Assembly: GCA_964009815.1 (NCBI GenBank)
Contig: CAXGJQ010000003.1
Location: 1 to 32,573 of the forward strand
Direction of reading: 5' to 3'
Source: an uncultured Candidatus Poseidoniales archaeon
Lineage (GTDB): Archaea; Thermoplasmatota; Poseidoniia; Poseidoniales; Poseidoniaceae
Length of the DNA: 32,573 bases
Part shown: positions 8,736 through 17,871 of the stretch, one piece after another
Layout of the letters: each line of letters opens with the position of its first letter
How positions within the stretch are numbered: position 1 is the stretch's first letter
The notes under the pieces: generated by a model
What the model was told of the DNA's origin: nothing
Seen by the model: the letters and a program-made list of their open reading frames with translations, nothing else
Databases searched by the model: none
Translations under genes and position numbers: made by a program

Positions 8736-9278
8736 TCACTCCTTGTCAAGCAGGTAAATACCATCCTGGAAGACACGTCGGTCTCGCTTCTTTACGGTCG
8801 TGCATCGCTCAATGTTCGCAGCGGTTTGACCCACGGCTTCCTTGTCGATGCCCGACACGGTGACTTCAGTTTTGTTGGACACCTTGACAGTAACGTTGTC
8901 AAGGATGTGCGCTGTTCGTGGAACTCGCTCACCAAAGTAGTTGTTGACTTGGAAGGTGTTGCCGTTCACAGCAAGGGTCATGGGGAAGTGAGAGTAGAAG
9001 GCTTTGAGGTTGTACGTAAAGCCATCCGTGACGCCTTTCACCATGTTGTTGAGGTGGGCGTTCCAAGTTCCTGCAAGAGCTCGTTGCTTGCGACGTGGAA
9101 GGTCCACTCGCACGATGAGTCCAGCCCCGTCTTGGAAGAGTTGGATCACGTCGCTTTCAAAAGTGCGGTGAAGGGAGCCTTTCGGTCCCGTGATGGTCAC
9201 GACGCCATCTTCGCTGATGTTGGCGGAAACGCCCTCAGGGATGGTTACGGTGTGTTCGATTCTGTCGAGTTTTGCCAT
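8736..9278 (-). CDS. rpl6: 50S ribosomal protein uL6
   Basis: GPKG, YSHFPM, NYFGER and DRRVFQDGIY motifs. Confidence 0.98.
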   Translation of the reverse strand: MAKLDRIEHTVTIPEGVSANISEDGVVTITGPKGSLHRTFESDVIQLFQDGAGLIVRVDLPRRKQRALAGTWNAHLNNMVKGVTDGFTYNLKAFYSHFPMTLAVNGNTFQVNNYFGERVPRTAHILDNVTVKVSNKTEVTVSGIDKEAVGQTAANIERCTTVKKRDRRVFQDGIYLLDKE

Positions 9279-9289
9279 GTTTGTTCACC

Positions 9290-9679
9290 TCAGTACACAT
9301 AGGCCAGCAGTTTGCCGCCAATTCGAGCGTCCTTTGCATCGTAGTGATGCATCACGCCGGAGTTGGTCGTCAAGATGAGAAGGCCGAAGTCTCGGGCTGG
9401 GAGGTAACGTGTTTCCCACTTCTCATATTCTTGGCGACGTACGCTGTGTCGGGGTTTGACCGTTCCACAGCGGTTGATTGTTCCACGCAGTTCCACCACA
9501 AAGGCGTCCCCACGGCCGTTTTCGACACGTTCAATGTCGCCTACGTAGCCTGAGGTCTGCATGATATTCAGTACGTTTCCAAGCAGTTTGGACGCTGGCG
9601 TCAACTCAACGTTGAATTTGCCAGCCTGCTCGGCGTTGTAAATCTTAATTAGAGCGTCGTTCAATGGATCAAATTGCAT
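9290..9679 (-). CDS. rps8: 30S ribosomal protein uS8
   Basis: DPLNDAL, RYLPARDFG, LTTNSGVM and GGKLLAYVY motifs. Confidence 0.98.
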   Translation of the reverse strand: MQFDPLNDALIKIYNAEQAGKFNVELTPASKLLGNVLNIMQTSGYVGDIERVENGRGDAFVVELRGTINRCGTVKPRHSVRRQEYEKWETRYLPARDFGLLILTTNSGVMHHYDAKDARIGGKLLAYVY

Positions 9680-9692
9680 CTTCTTTCCCTCC

Positions 9693-9845
9693 TCAATTCA
9701 TCTTTTTGAAACCGATTTTCGGTGCCACGTCGCGGAAGCATTGGCGGCACAATCGTAGTCCATGTCGGCGAATCAAACCACGCTTTCTACCGCATCGGCG
9801 GCATCCAATGGTTCGTCCAATTCGTTCTCCGTGATCTCTTGCCAT
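9693..9845 (-). CDS. rps14: 30S ribosomal protein uS14 (zinc-binding type; absent from the ORF track)
   Basis: Hand translation [50 protein letters not shown] (50 aa), with CxxC...CRQC, at the canonical position between L5 and S8. Confidence 0.97.
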   Translation of the reverse strand: MARDHGERIGRTIGCRRCGRKRGLIRRHGLRLCRQCFRDVAPKIGFKKMN

Positions 9846-9847
9846 CT

Positions 9848-10375
9848 TTACTCCTCCAGGATTGTGATGTTGAAGTTCTCAACGAACCAAGCACGGGAAT
9901 CATCAGCCGAAACTCGGTGTTTCATCCCGACCTTGCTCTTTGCACGTCGGCGGCGGCTCACACGATGCCCTGGACGTTCCAAGACAGCCGTTATGTCCAT
10001 GCCAAAGATTCCAATATCTGGGTCATACTTTTGACCGGGGAAGTCCGTGTAATCTCGAACACCGAAGGACAGGTTGCCCTCTCGGTCAAAGTTCCACGAA
10101 GGGATGGTGTTTTCTCGACAGTCAAAAGCACTGGTAAGGAACGCCTTGATGTCTTCTTGGCTGCGCATGGTTGCCTTGCAACCAATCGGTGCACCCACAC
10201 GAACCTTGAGGTCGCGGTTCTGGATGCGGCCGAGGGTGCGCTGCGGCTTGACACCAGTGACCATCTCAAGGACGTTTTCGGCATTGACGAGGCGTTCTCC
10301 ACCTTCGCCGACACCAATGTTCACGCACACCTTGGTGATGCGGAGTTGATTCATGGGATTCATAGCAGCGCTCAT
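9848..10375 (-). CDS. rpl5: 50S ribosomal protein uL5
   Basis: [18 protein letters not shown] and [11 protein letters not shown] motifs. Confidence 0.98.
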   Translation of the reverse strand: MSAAMNPMNQLRITKVCVNIGVGEGGERLVNAENVLEMVTGVKPQRTLGRIQNRDLKVRVGAPIGCKATMRSQEDIKAFLTSAFDCRENTIPSWNFDREGNLSFGVRDYTDFPGQKYDPDIGIFGMDITAVLERPGHRVSRRRRAKSKVGMKHRVSADDSRAWFVENFNITILEE

Positions 10376-11070
10376 TCAGCCACCTCCGTAAGAGGCATGC
10401 TAGCGTCGCCAATGGCAAACACGTTGCGAACGACCGTACCGAAGCCGTCAAACTGAACTTCGTTGGGCATACTGGAACGCTTCACGATGTATTCCTTGAC
10501 ATCGGCGGTTGAGCCAACGTGGGCACCACCGATGAGGTAGGCACGAGTGCCTTCTCCAAAGCGGATGTGCTCGAGGATTTTCTGGTCAGGCAAGTTCAAC
10601 TTCAAGGAATCGCCCGTGTTGTATTCAGCTGGGTCATCAACGATGATGTTTCGACCGTCGTGGAGGTTCAATTGGGTTCGACCGCCCTTGATGGTGGTCT
10701 TGCCTTCAATTCGACAAACCTTCCAGGAGGCTTCATCAGCGCTAATGGAGCGGTACTGGAGGCGACCGTTATGGTCAAGCACGCAGCGGTAATTTTCTTC
10801 CCCAAGGGTGAGAACGTCCATCAAACCGACGCCTCGACGGGTGTCTTTGACAATTCGACCGTCAATCTTGGCCAGTTCGTTGTGAAGAATAAATCGGACT
10901 TCACGGGCCGTTTTTGCCAAACGAAGCACGTCGCGGATCACGAGGGTGACCGGCATGCAGAGTTCGAGGGCGTGAGCACCAGGAGTTGGGCGAGTCACCC
11001 ACACCGTGGTCTTTCGTGGCAAAGGCCAGCTTCGAGGCATGGCCAAGCGCTTCAAGTGATTGCTGCTCAT
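10372..11070 (-). CDS. rps4e: 30S ribosomal protein eS4
   Basis: HLKRLAMPRSW, QLNLHDGRN and GGAHVG motifs. Start set at ATG 11070 after SD AGGAG. Confidence 0.97.
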   Translation of the reverse strand: MSSNHLKRLAMPRSWPLPRKTTVWVTRPTPGAHALELCMPVTLVIRDVLRLAKTAREVRFILHNELAKIDGRIVKDTRRGVGLMDVLTLGEENYRCVLDHNGRLQYRSISADEASWKVCRIEGKTTIKGGRTQLNLHDGRNIIVDDPAEYNTGDSLKLNLPDQKILEHIRFGEGTRAYLIGGAHVGSTADVKEYIVKRSSMPNEVQFDGFGTVVRNVFAIGDASMPLTEVAE

Positions 11071-11075
11071 CTGAT

Positions 11076-11483
11076 TCAACTCCTGTTTCCAGTCAATTTT
11101 GCGATGCGGAGGCGGTCCGACTCATCGAGTTGGGTTACCACCACATTCGAGACGTGCACTGGAACCGCCTCTTCCTTGTTATCGGCCTTGCTGGCCTTGA
11201 CACCTTCAATGTACAATCGACCCTTTTCAGAGTCGATGCGGAGCACGGCACCCGTCAACGGGTCTCCGTTGCGCTTGCCACCGTGTCGCTTGCCACCATG
11301 GGATTGATCTCCACGGTTGACCTGAACAATATCGCCCACACGAACCGTGACGGTTCGGACGCCGGCAAATCGTGCGTCTGGCTTGGCGAGTTGCAGACGA
11401 GCTGCGACACGCTTTCGCTTCTGATGCATGGGCGCATTGAAGTGCGCCTTGCGTTGCTTTCCTGGTTTCATACTCTTGACCAT
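11076..11483 (-). CDS. rpl24: 50S ribosomal protein uL24
   Basis: PGKQRKAHFNAP, KOW-like VRVGDIVQVNRG and PVHVSNV motifs. Confidence 0.96.
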   Translation of the reverse strand: MVKSMKPGKQRKAHFNAPMHQKRKRVAARLQLAKPDARFAGVRTVTVRVGDIVQVNRGDQSHGGKRHGGKRNGDPLTGAVLRIDSEKGRLYIEGVKASKADNKEEAVPVHVSNVVVTQLDESDRLRIAKLTGNRS

Positions 11484-11492
11484 GATACTCCC

Positions 11493-11891
11493 TCAGACGA
11501 TTTGCTTTGCATTGGCGGCGATACGAGGCCAGCGTTCTGCTGCCTCACGAGCAACGGGTCCCTTGATGTCGGAACCGGTGACGTCGCCTTTCTCGTTGAC
11601 GATGACACATGCGTTGTCTTCGAATTGAACCCACGTACCGTCAACACGACGGAACGGACGGCGCTGTCGGATAATGACGGCGTTGAACATTTGTCGGCGG
11701 GTATCGGGTGTACCTTTCTTGACCGAGACCTTGGCCATGTCGCCAACGCCTGCGGCTGGGTACCGTCGCATGGTACCACCGAGTTTGAGAACGTTCAGGA
11801 TTTGAACAACCTTGGCTCCGGTGTTGTCAGCAACGTGCAACCGTGCTGCGGTTGGCAGACCACGGGTTTGCTTTCCGGCGATGCCCTTCAT
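11493..11891 (-). CDS. rpl14: 50S ribosomal protein uL14
   Basis: ADNTGAK, FEDNACVIVN and IKGPVAREAAERWPRIA motifs. Confidence 0.98.
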   Translation of the reverse strand: MKGIAGKQTRGLPTAARLHVADNTGAKVVQILNVLKLGGTMRRYPAAGVGDMAKVSVKKGTPDTRRQMFNAVIIRQRRPFRRVDGTWVQFEDNACVIVNEKGDVTGSDIKGPVAREAAERWPRIAANAKQIV

Positions 11892-12226
11892 CAGACAACA
11901 CCCCCAGAGTTCTCAATGACACAAAACGAAACGGTCTTGGAGAGCGGTCGGCATTCCATGACCTTCACGTTGTCGCCAATGCTGACTTCACCGATGCACG
12001 AAGGCAGGTGAGCAGAGACAACGCTGGTGCGCTTCTCAAACCGCTCGTACTTCTTCATGTATCGAACGTTGTGTCGCTCGATGGTGATGGTTCTCTGCAT
12101 GCCAACACTTGAGACGGTTCCTTCGAGGACTTGTCCTCGGAGTCGCAAACTGCCGTAAAACGGGCAGTTCACATCACCGTCCCACTCGCCGGTGGGGTTC
12201 TTTACGTCAACGCCAATGTCTCGCAT
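11891..12226 (-). CDS. rps17: 30S ribosomal protein uS17
   Basis: CPFYGSLRLRG, KYERFEKR and ECRPLSKT motifs. Start shortened to MRDIG at 12226 to avoid overlap with rnp1. Confidence 0.97.
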   Translation of the reverse strand: MRDIGVDVKNPTGEWDGDVNCPFYGSLRLRGQVLEGTVSSVGMQRTITIERHNVRYMKKYERFEKRTSVVSAHLPSCIGEVSIGDNVKVMECRPLSKTVSFCVIENSGGVV

Positions 12227-12230
12227 CGTA

Positions 12231-12488
12231 TCATGCCTTCCTGTATGTTCGGTGGATCCTGTCTTCGGGGCGCTGACCCACCATGGCCCCTTGGATGACA
12301 ACATCGCTGTTGTCAACGGTGAATGTGATACTGGCCTTGTTCAAGACCACGCGGTGTTCTCCCTCGAGGAGAACGACGGTGTTTCGGGTTTCGTCAATGA
12401 CGATGCCCTGGCGACCGGCCAAGGTTGAATCGGTGGAGGAGGTAATGGTCATGGAACGACCGATCCAGGATTGATTGTAGATTTCCAT
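12231..12488 (-). CDS. rnp1: ribonuclease P protein subunit Rpp29
   Basis: G-x-VIDETRNT and RPEDRI motifs; canonical position between SUI1 and S17. Start MEIYNQ follows SD GAGGTG. Confidence 0.93.
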   Translation of the reverse strand: MEIYNQSWIGRSMTITSSTDSTLAGRQGIVIDETRNTVVLLEGEHRVVLNKASITFTVDNSDVVIQGAMVGQRPEDRIHRTYRKA

Positions 12489-12489
12489 T

Positions 12490-12789
12490 TCATCGCACCT
12501 CCACATTGAATCCGTTGTTTTTGAGCACTTGAGCAGCTTTCTTCTTGTGATCTCCTTGAAGTTCAATCAATCGTCCCTTTACTGTTCCACCTGCGGCACA
12601 TTTGTTCTTCAGGAGTTTTGCAAGTTGATTGATGTCAATTGCTGCGTCGTCAATGCCCTCCACTTTTGTCACAATTTTTCCATAGCGTCTTCGGTCGGTT
12701 GAGAGAATGGCTTTTTGTTGCTCTTTTGCAATTTCTTGGCAGATGCACAGTTCATTGGGTAGTCCGCAAGTATTGCAAATAGCCGCCAT
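12490..12789 (-). CDS. translation initiation factor aIF1 (SUI1 family)
   Basis: CNTCGLPNELCICQEIAKEQQ, RRYGK and IELQGDH motifs. Confidence 0.96.
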   Translation of the reverse strand: MAAICNTCGLPNELCICQEIAKEQQKAILSTDRRRYGKIVTKVEGIDDAAIDINQLAKLLKNKCAAGGTVKGRLIELQGDHKKKAAQVLKNNGFNVEVR

Positions 12790-12812
12790 TGTTCTCCATC
12801 ACCTCGTTATGT

Positions 12813-13010
12813 TCATTGATCGTTGTTCATGTGCGTCTTGAGACGCGCAATGCTTCGTCGGGTGGCCTTGTAAGCACCCATGTTGGATGGGGTGCCACCA
12901 AGTGCCTTCTCAGCACGAAGTTGGAGCAGTTCTTCCTGAAGTTCGAGAAGACGTGCTTCACGAGCCTCGGTGCTCATGGAAGAGATTTCTCGATTGGAGA
13001 CAAAACTCAC
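12813..13010 (-). CDS. rpl29: 50S ribosomal protein uL29
   Basis: 65-aa helical protein with RRSIARLKT; GTG start overlaps the S3 stop. Confidence 0.93.
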   Translation of the reverse strand: MSFVSNREISSMSTEAREARLLELQEELLQLRAEKALGGTPSNMGAYKATRRSIARLKTHMNNDQ

Positions 13011-13666
13011 TGGGAACCCTCCTCTTCTGCGGCCGCTTGTGCGGCTTGAATCTTGAGCTCTTCTTCCGAGAAGATGCTGATTTCGTGAGGCAGGCGGGTG
13101 CCCGGTCGCATGATTTCAACGGTGACACCGATGGTGCCGAGTTTCTTGACGGCGACCGAGTAGCCTTTGTCCATGTGCTGAAGAGCGGTCTCACCGCAAT
13201 ACTTCACGTGGCCACGAATGTACTTCTCTGTTCGGTTTCGAGAACCGGTCAGTTTTCCAGCCACGGTCACAATGACGCCGCGAGCACCAGCATCCATGAT
13301 GTTCTGGGCTGCGCTGTGGCAGGAGCGACGGTGGTACCATCCACGCTCAAGGGATGAGGCGATTTTCTCAGCCATCACTTGTGCGTTGAGGGTTGGGTTC
13401 TTGACTTCCTCAACCTTGAGTTTGGGGTTGGTGAGGCTGAATTCTTGGTTCAGGCGGGTTTGAAGATCGTTGATGATCTTTCCTTTTCGACCGATGACCA
13501 TACCTGGGCGTTCAGCGTGGACGGTTACTTCAGTACCGCCGGGGGTACGTCGGATGTCTAGGCCACCAAACCCAGATTTAGAGGTGTTCTTCATCAGGAA
13601 CTCGCGAACGAGCAGGCGCTCGACGTTGCGGTCAACGATGGTTCGTAGAATGCTTTGCTTACCCAT
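13007..13666 (-). CDS. rps3: 30S ribosomal protein uS3
   Basis: KH motif RPGMVIGRKG, plus GKLTGSR and KLGTIGV. Start MGKQ at 13666 after SD GAGGTGA. Confidence 0.97.
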   Translation of the reverse strand: MGKQSILRTIVDRNVERLLVREFLMKNTSKSGFGGLDIRRTPGGTEVTVHAERPGMVIGRKGKIINDLQTRLNQEFSLTNPKLKVEEVKNPTLNAQVMAEKIASSLERGWYHRRSCHSAAQNIMDAGARGVIVTVAGKLTGSRNRTEKYIRGHVKYCGETALQHMDKGYSVAVKKLGTIGVTVEIMRPGTRLPHEISIFSEEELKIQAAQAAAEEEGSQ

Positions 13667-13676
13667 AATGTTCACC

Positions 13677-14276
13677 TCAGAAGTCGTCCTCCAATTCATC
13701 GCCCATGACGTTCATGTCTTCCAAGAAGACTTCCAAGTTCACACGGTAGTGGTTGCTTGGAGTTGCACGGCCACGAGCACGTGGAATCCATCCCTTGCGG
13801 ATGGGCCCACGATGAGCAGCGATGTGCGTGATGACCATTTCATCGGCATCAATGTCTTCGTATTGGAATCGTGCGTTCTCCATGGCGCTCTCAATGAGCT
13901 TGATGATGGCTCGAGAAGCCTTCACAGGGAATCGGCCAGGGCCGATACCGCCTTTGCGGTGTCCAACCATTGAAGGGCCAGAGCGACGCTTGCGCTTGTT
14001 GCCGCTTCCCAAACGGAAGGGGACTGCGGCGGCTTTGCGGCGAACATCGGCTCGGTCGGAGTCAATGCGGAGCACTTCGTTCAAGTAAGCAACGGCTTCA
14101 CCAGCGGTCTTGTTCTTGACCGCACGGCACACTTCGAAACAGTGCTTGACGTGCATGTCAACGTTGGTAGCACGGGCGGTGGCCAATCGGTTACCTTGCA
14201 AGAGTTGGGTGTAACCGCGTTGAGGGAGTTGTCGTCGACGACTGCGTCGATCCATTTGATTTCTCTTTGCCATCAT
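13677..14276 (-). CDS. rpl22: 50S ribosomal protein uL22
   Basis: AVPF, GRFPVKAS and PRARGRAT motifs; lies between S19 and S3. Confidence 0.96.
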   Translation of the reverse strand: MMAKRNQMDRRSRRRQLPQRGYTQLLQGNRLATARATNVDMHVKHCFEVCRAVKNKTAGEAVAYLNEVLRIDSDRADVRRKAAAVPFRLGSGNKRKRRSGPSMVGHRKGGIGPGRFPVKASRAIIKLIESAMENARFQYEDIDADEMVITHIAAHRGPIRKGWIPRARGRATPSNHYRVNLEVFLEDMNVMGDELEDDF

Positions 14277-14283
14277 TTTCACC

Positions 14284-14772
14284 TCACTTCAACGGAACGT
14301 GCTTGGACGAACGGGTAGCACCAACACCCGGGCCACTGTGGGCCACGCCTCGTCGAGTCACGGCAAATTCACCAAGGTAGTGACCGATCATCTCTGGTTT
14401 GACGTCAACCTCTACGAAGTGTTGGCCGTTGTGAATAGCGATGCGGCGTCCGACAAATTGTGGAAGAATAGGCATGTCTCGGCGGTGCGTTCGAACCGTC
14501 TTGGCACTCGAGCGGAGCATACGGTTGAGGAAATGTTCGTTTTCAACGGACATACCTCGGCCAAGGCTGCGTCGCACACGGGACGGGAGAAGGCCGACGA
14601 TGTAGTCTTCTTCTCCGGTTTCGGACCACATAGGCATTTGGTTGAGTTGTTCCATGGTGAAACCACGGTAGGTGAACTCTTTCTTCACACGTGCCGAAGT
14701 GGTCGAAAGGCGCTTACGTGCCTTACGTCGGCTGGCTTTGGGGGTCATAAAGGACTTCTTTTTCTTAGCCAT
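14284..14772 (-). CDS. rps19: 30S ribosomal protein uS19
   Basis: EFTYRG, RTHRRDM, PEMIGHYLGEF and GATRSS motifs. Confidence 0.98.
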   Translation of the reverse strand: MAKKKKSFMTPKASRRKARKRLSTTSARVKKEFTYRGFTMEQLNQMPMWSETGEEDYIVGLLPSRVRRSLGRGMSVENEHFLNRMLRSSAKTVRTHRRDMPILPQFVGRRIAIHNGQHFVEVDVKPEMIGHYLGEFAVTRRGVAHSGPGVGATRSSKHVPLK

Positions 14773-14783
14773 GCATCATCACC

Positions 14784-15500
14784 TCAAATTTTCTTACCTC
14801 GTCCACGACCGGTTCGGCTTGGTGCAATCAAACCAACCTTGGCGCCCGGTGGCGTACCACGAGCAACGGAGTTGGGTCCGTGAACAGCCTGGTGGTTTCC
14901 ACCGCCGTGCGGGTGATCAACAGGGTTCATGGCCACACCAGAAACGTGTGGGTAGAGTTTACCACGGGCCTTAGCCTTGTAATAGGCTGCACCGGCCGTT
15001 CGCAGTGGCATCTCATCTCGGCCGTGGCCGGCAAGAACGCCAATGGTTGCACGGCAGCTTGCTGGAAGTTCCTTCAAGGCGCCGGAGGGCATGCGAATAC
15101 GGACCATGTCTCCAACGCGGGATTCCACGGTGCAGGAGTTGCCAGCAGACCGGGCCACTTTACCGCCGTCTCCGGGTCGGAGTTCGAGGTTGTTGATGGC
15201 CGTACCTTCAGGGATATTACCCAACTGGGTAATGTTTCCAGGTCGAAGAGCAACGTTGTCGCCAATGGCCACTTTGCTACCGATGGCGAGGCCTTCGGTG
15301 GCAGCGACCAAGGTGGTGTCGCCATCGGGCGTCTTGATGCGAGCGAGTGGAGCGCTGTGAACGGGGCTGTGAACCAGTTCAGTGACTTCACACACCACGT
15401 CTTTTTCACGTGGCATGCGATTCTTACCTGGGAAACGGTGGCTGGCCACGCGGTAGCGTGGCGACGAACCTTTGCGTTGTGCACGAATTCTCTTACCCAT
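14784..15500 (-). CDS. rpl2: 50S ribosomal protein uL2
   Basis: MGKRIRAQRKG, GVAMNPVDHPHGGGNHQ and PPGAKVG motifs. Confidence 0.98.
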   Translation of the reverse strand: MGKRIRAQRKGSSPRYRVASHRFPGKNRMPREKDVVCEVTELVHSPVHSAPLARIKTPDGDTTLVAATEGLAIGSKVAIGDNVALRPGNITQLGNIPEGTAINNLELRPGDGGKVARSAGNSCTVESRVGDMVRIRMPSGALKELPASCRATIGVLAGHGRDEMPLRTAGAAYYKAKARGKLYPHVSGVAMNPVDHPHGGGNHQAVHGPNSVARGTPPGAKVGLIAPSRTGRGRGKKI

Positions 15501-15511
15501 GATAGATCACC

Positions 15512-15769
15512 TCAGAATGCTCCTAGACGCATGGCAGCGTCTTCTGCGTCGTAGCCATCGGCCAGCTTCACCGAAGCGTGCTTGCCGTGTTTGGAGTTTC
15601 GAACGTTCACCTTGGCCACTTCGACATCAAAGATGGTCTCAACGGCTCGAGCGATTTGGGCCTTCGTTGCACTTCGGCGAACGATGAACTCAAGACGCTG
15701 CTCGGTGGTTCGGGCTTCCATGGATTTCTCAGTCAGCCATGGTTGAATGATAATGTCGTATGCGTTCAT
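15512..15769 (-). CDS. rpl23: 50S ribosomal protein uL23
   Basis: PWLTEKS, LEFIV and ATKAQI motifs. Confidence 0.97.
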   Translation of the reverse strand: MNAYDIIIQPWLTEKSMEARTTEQRLEFIVRRSATKAQIARAVETIFDVEVAKVNVRNSKHGKHASVKLADGYDAEDAAMRLGAF

Positions 15770-15778
15770 GATATCACC

Positions 15779-16660
15779 TCAGTTCATGGCCTCCAATGCC
15801 GCTTTCGTAAAGACCGTCAAGCGACCGATGTCGCCACCAGGGGCGAGGTCTTCAGCGCACAGGTCCTTGGCGGCAACGACGTCGACTCCGGGGAGGTTTC
15901 GTGCTGCTTGAGCAAGACCTGACTTTTCCTTGACGACCAAGAGGATAGACTTGGGCACCTTGTGGACACGACCACGCATGGTTGCCTTACCGGCACGAAT
16001 CTTGCGACCGCTGCGGGCACGGTCCATGTCAGGACCAAGGCCAAGACCAGCGAAGATGGCTGCAGCCTTGCGGGTTGCGGAGCCATGATTGAAGGATTCA
16101 ATGTCGTAATCGGTTGACTTTCCATCAACGATTTCAGTGTAGGTACCCAGAACGATGGGAAGGTGCTCCACGGAGTCATCGAATCGATGACCACGAGCGG
16201 AAACGGTCTCCATTGACACGGTTGCAGCCAATGCAGCGTTGCGAGCAGCATGGCGTTGCTTGGCGTTGAGTTTTCGAGACCAATCCTTCTCGACCTTTGG
16301 ACCGTGAGCTCGACGGCCACCAAGGGTGTGAGGGTTTTGGGCACCACGGCGGGAGCCGGTGCGTCGTAGAATACGGGAGACACCACGACCCTTGCCCCAC
16401 CATTCAACGGAATGCTTCATACCGGCCATTGGGCGGCGCTTTCCGACGTGAGGGCGGGAACCGTAGGGTTGACGACGGTTGGCTCGGCTGGAAGCCACGG
16501 CCAACTTGATCAGGTCTTCTCGAACTTCCGATTCAAAGGCAGACGGTAGGTCCACCTTGGAGCCGTTGGAAACTTCAACATCAAATCGAGCTGAGAGTTT
16601 GCCAGCATCCATCTCGGTCTGGGTTACCGTGTTGACGATGTCTTTGGTTGCGACCTTCAT
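15779..16660 (-). CDS. rpl4: 50S ribosomal protein uL4
   Basis: WGKGRGVSR, GGRRAHGPK, RNLPGVDV and LAPGGDIGRLTVFT motifs. Confidence 0.98.
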   Translation of the reverse strand: MKVATKDIVNTVTQTEMDAGKLSARFDVEVSNGSKVDLPSAFESEVREDLIKLAVASSRANRRQPYGSRPHVGKRRPMAGMKHSVEWWGKGRGVSRILRRTGSRRGAQNPHTLGGRRAHGPKVEKDWSRKLNAKQRHAARNAALAATVSMETVSARGHRFDDSVEHLPIVLGTYTEIVDGKSTDYDIESFNHGSATRKAAAIFAGLGLGPDMDRARSGRKIRAGKATMRGRVHKVPKSILLVVKEKSGLAQAARNLPGVDVVAAKDLCAEDLAPGGDIGRLTVFTKAALEAMN

Positions 16661-16662
16661 CT

Positions 16663-17682
16663 TCAGGCCCCCTGCTTGGATGCGGTACTCACGTACGTGA
16701 TTTCGTAGTCGTGGAGCGTCTTGTCGGAGGCTCGTGTGGCGTCGCGGAAGCGAATCAAGCGCTTGGCTGGGCCTGGAACGCTGCCTTTGACCAGAATGTA
16801 GTCGGATTTGATTTCACCATAGTGGAGGAAACCACCAGCGGGCGTGATTGAGTGGTCTTCTGGGTTGGCCACTCGTAGGATTCGCTTGTTGTACTCCGTG
16901 CGCTGGTGGTAACCGGTTTGACCGCCTTGGCGGATCGTCTTTCGGACGTACCCGTCACCAAAGGCACCCATGTTACCGTGTTGCCGGCGCTTCTTGGAGT
17001 TCTTGTGGGATTGCAACTTACCGCCGAATCGCTTGATGACACCTTGCCATCCATATCCTTTGGTGATAGCGACAATGTCGGTCATGTTGCCTTCTTCGAA
17101 GGCGTCAGCGAAGGAGTATTCCTCGCCGAGGTGTTCTTTGGACCAGTTGAGTTGGTCGTCCATGCTGCCACCCGTCAATCCCATTTCCATGACATCAGGG
17201 ACCTTGGTAGGAACGCTGGCGAGGGTGTGAGGTTGTGTGGCGACAATGAGGCGAACTTCGCAAAGGTCGGCTTGCATGAGGTTCTCCATGTGCTTGTCAG
17301 CATCGTGCTCCTTTCGCTTGGGGACACGCTTGAAGAGTTCAGGGAAGGCATCGGCGATTTGGTCGGCCTCTGCCCAGACCTCGCCACGGGCTTGCATGCC
17401 GTAGGGGGTCATTTCGTAGCCTCGAACGCCGAGAATGCGCATCTTTGGGCATTCGACGACCGTAACAGGAACTCGAACTTCCTGCCCAGCAGAGGTACTT
17501 CGGGGGTTGAAATCACGAGCCAGAATGTGGGTCATACCAGCTTTCCAGCCGGCAAATCCTTGCACTCGGACTTCGCTCGCATCGGTTGTGGGCCACGACT
17601 TGACGTGACCAAATGGGCGGTTCGCTCGCTTGCGCGGGCTGAACGCCATCGATCCACGACGTGGGTGGTTTCGCTTTGCCAT
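16663..17682 (-). CDS. rpl3: 50S ribosomal protein uL3
   Basis: PRRGSMAFSPRKRA, KAGMTH, GQTGYHQRTEYNKR and KGSVPGP motifs. SD GGAGG at 17691-17695. Confidence 0.98.
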   Translation of the reverse strand: MAKRNHPRRGSMAFSPRKRANRPFGHVKSWPTTDASEVRVQGFAGWKAGMTHILARDFNPRSTSAGQEVRVPVTVVECPKMRILGVRGYEMTPYGMQARGEVWAEADQIADAFPELFKRVPKRKEHDADKHMENLMQADLCEVRLIVATQPHTLASVPTKVPDVMEMGLTGGSMDDQLNWSKEHLGEEYSFADAFEEGNMTDIVAITKGYGWQGVIKRFGGKLQSHKNSKKRRQHGNMGAFGDGYVRKTIRQGGQTGYHQRTEYNKRILRVANPEDHSITPAGGFLHYGEIKSDYILVKGSVPGPAKRLIRFRDATRASDKTLHDYEITYVSTASKQGA

Positions 17683-17699
17683 CTCGGATTCCTCCAGGG

Positions 17700-17850
17700 T
17701 TTTCTACAGCGCAGTGGCCCCACCGTTGGGGGGCGTACGAGGGCTCATACAGCGTCGAAGCCGTGACACGGAAGCGCATTCCCACGAGCGGGGAATGTGC
17801 CAGTTGGGGTCCTCGGGGGATGGCCCAGTGTGTCTGGCTACTCACCTTTG
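17700..17850 (-). ncRNA. structured 5' leader of the rpl3 operon (candidate cis-regulatory RNA)
   Basis: Non-coding GC-rich segment with at least four hairpins and an enclosing AGCC/GACAC...GTGTC/GGCT stem, located between a TATA box and the rpl3 SD. Confidence 0.5.
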
Positions 17851-17871
17851 AGCACCCCTCCGACTTACAAC

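Noticed and set aside
9722-17766. Long plus-strand ORFs antisense to ribosomal genes (e.g. 9722..10456, 10519..11307, 10986..12011, 14880..15554, 16906..17766)
   Set aside because: Antisense shadows expected from biased codon usage in highly expressed GC-rich genes; no motifs, and they lie over well-identified genes.
17700-17850. tRNA, SRP RNA or RNase P RNA in the structured intergenic region
   Set aside because: No cloverleaf with a T-loop, no SRP helix-8 motif and no RNase P conserved GGAAAxTCC element seen; too short for SRP or RNase P RNA.
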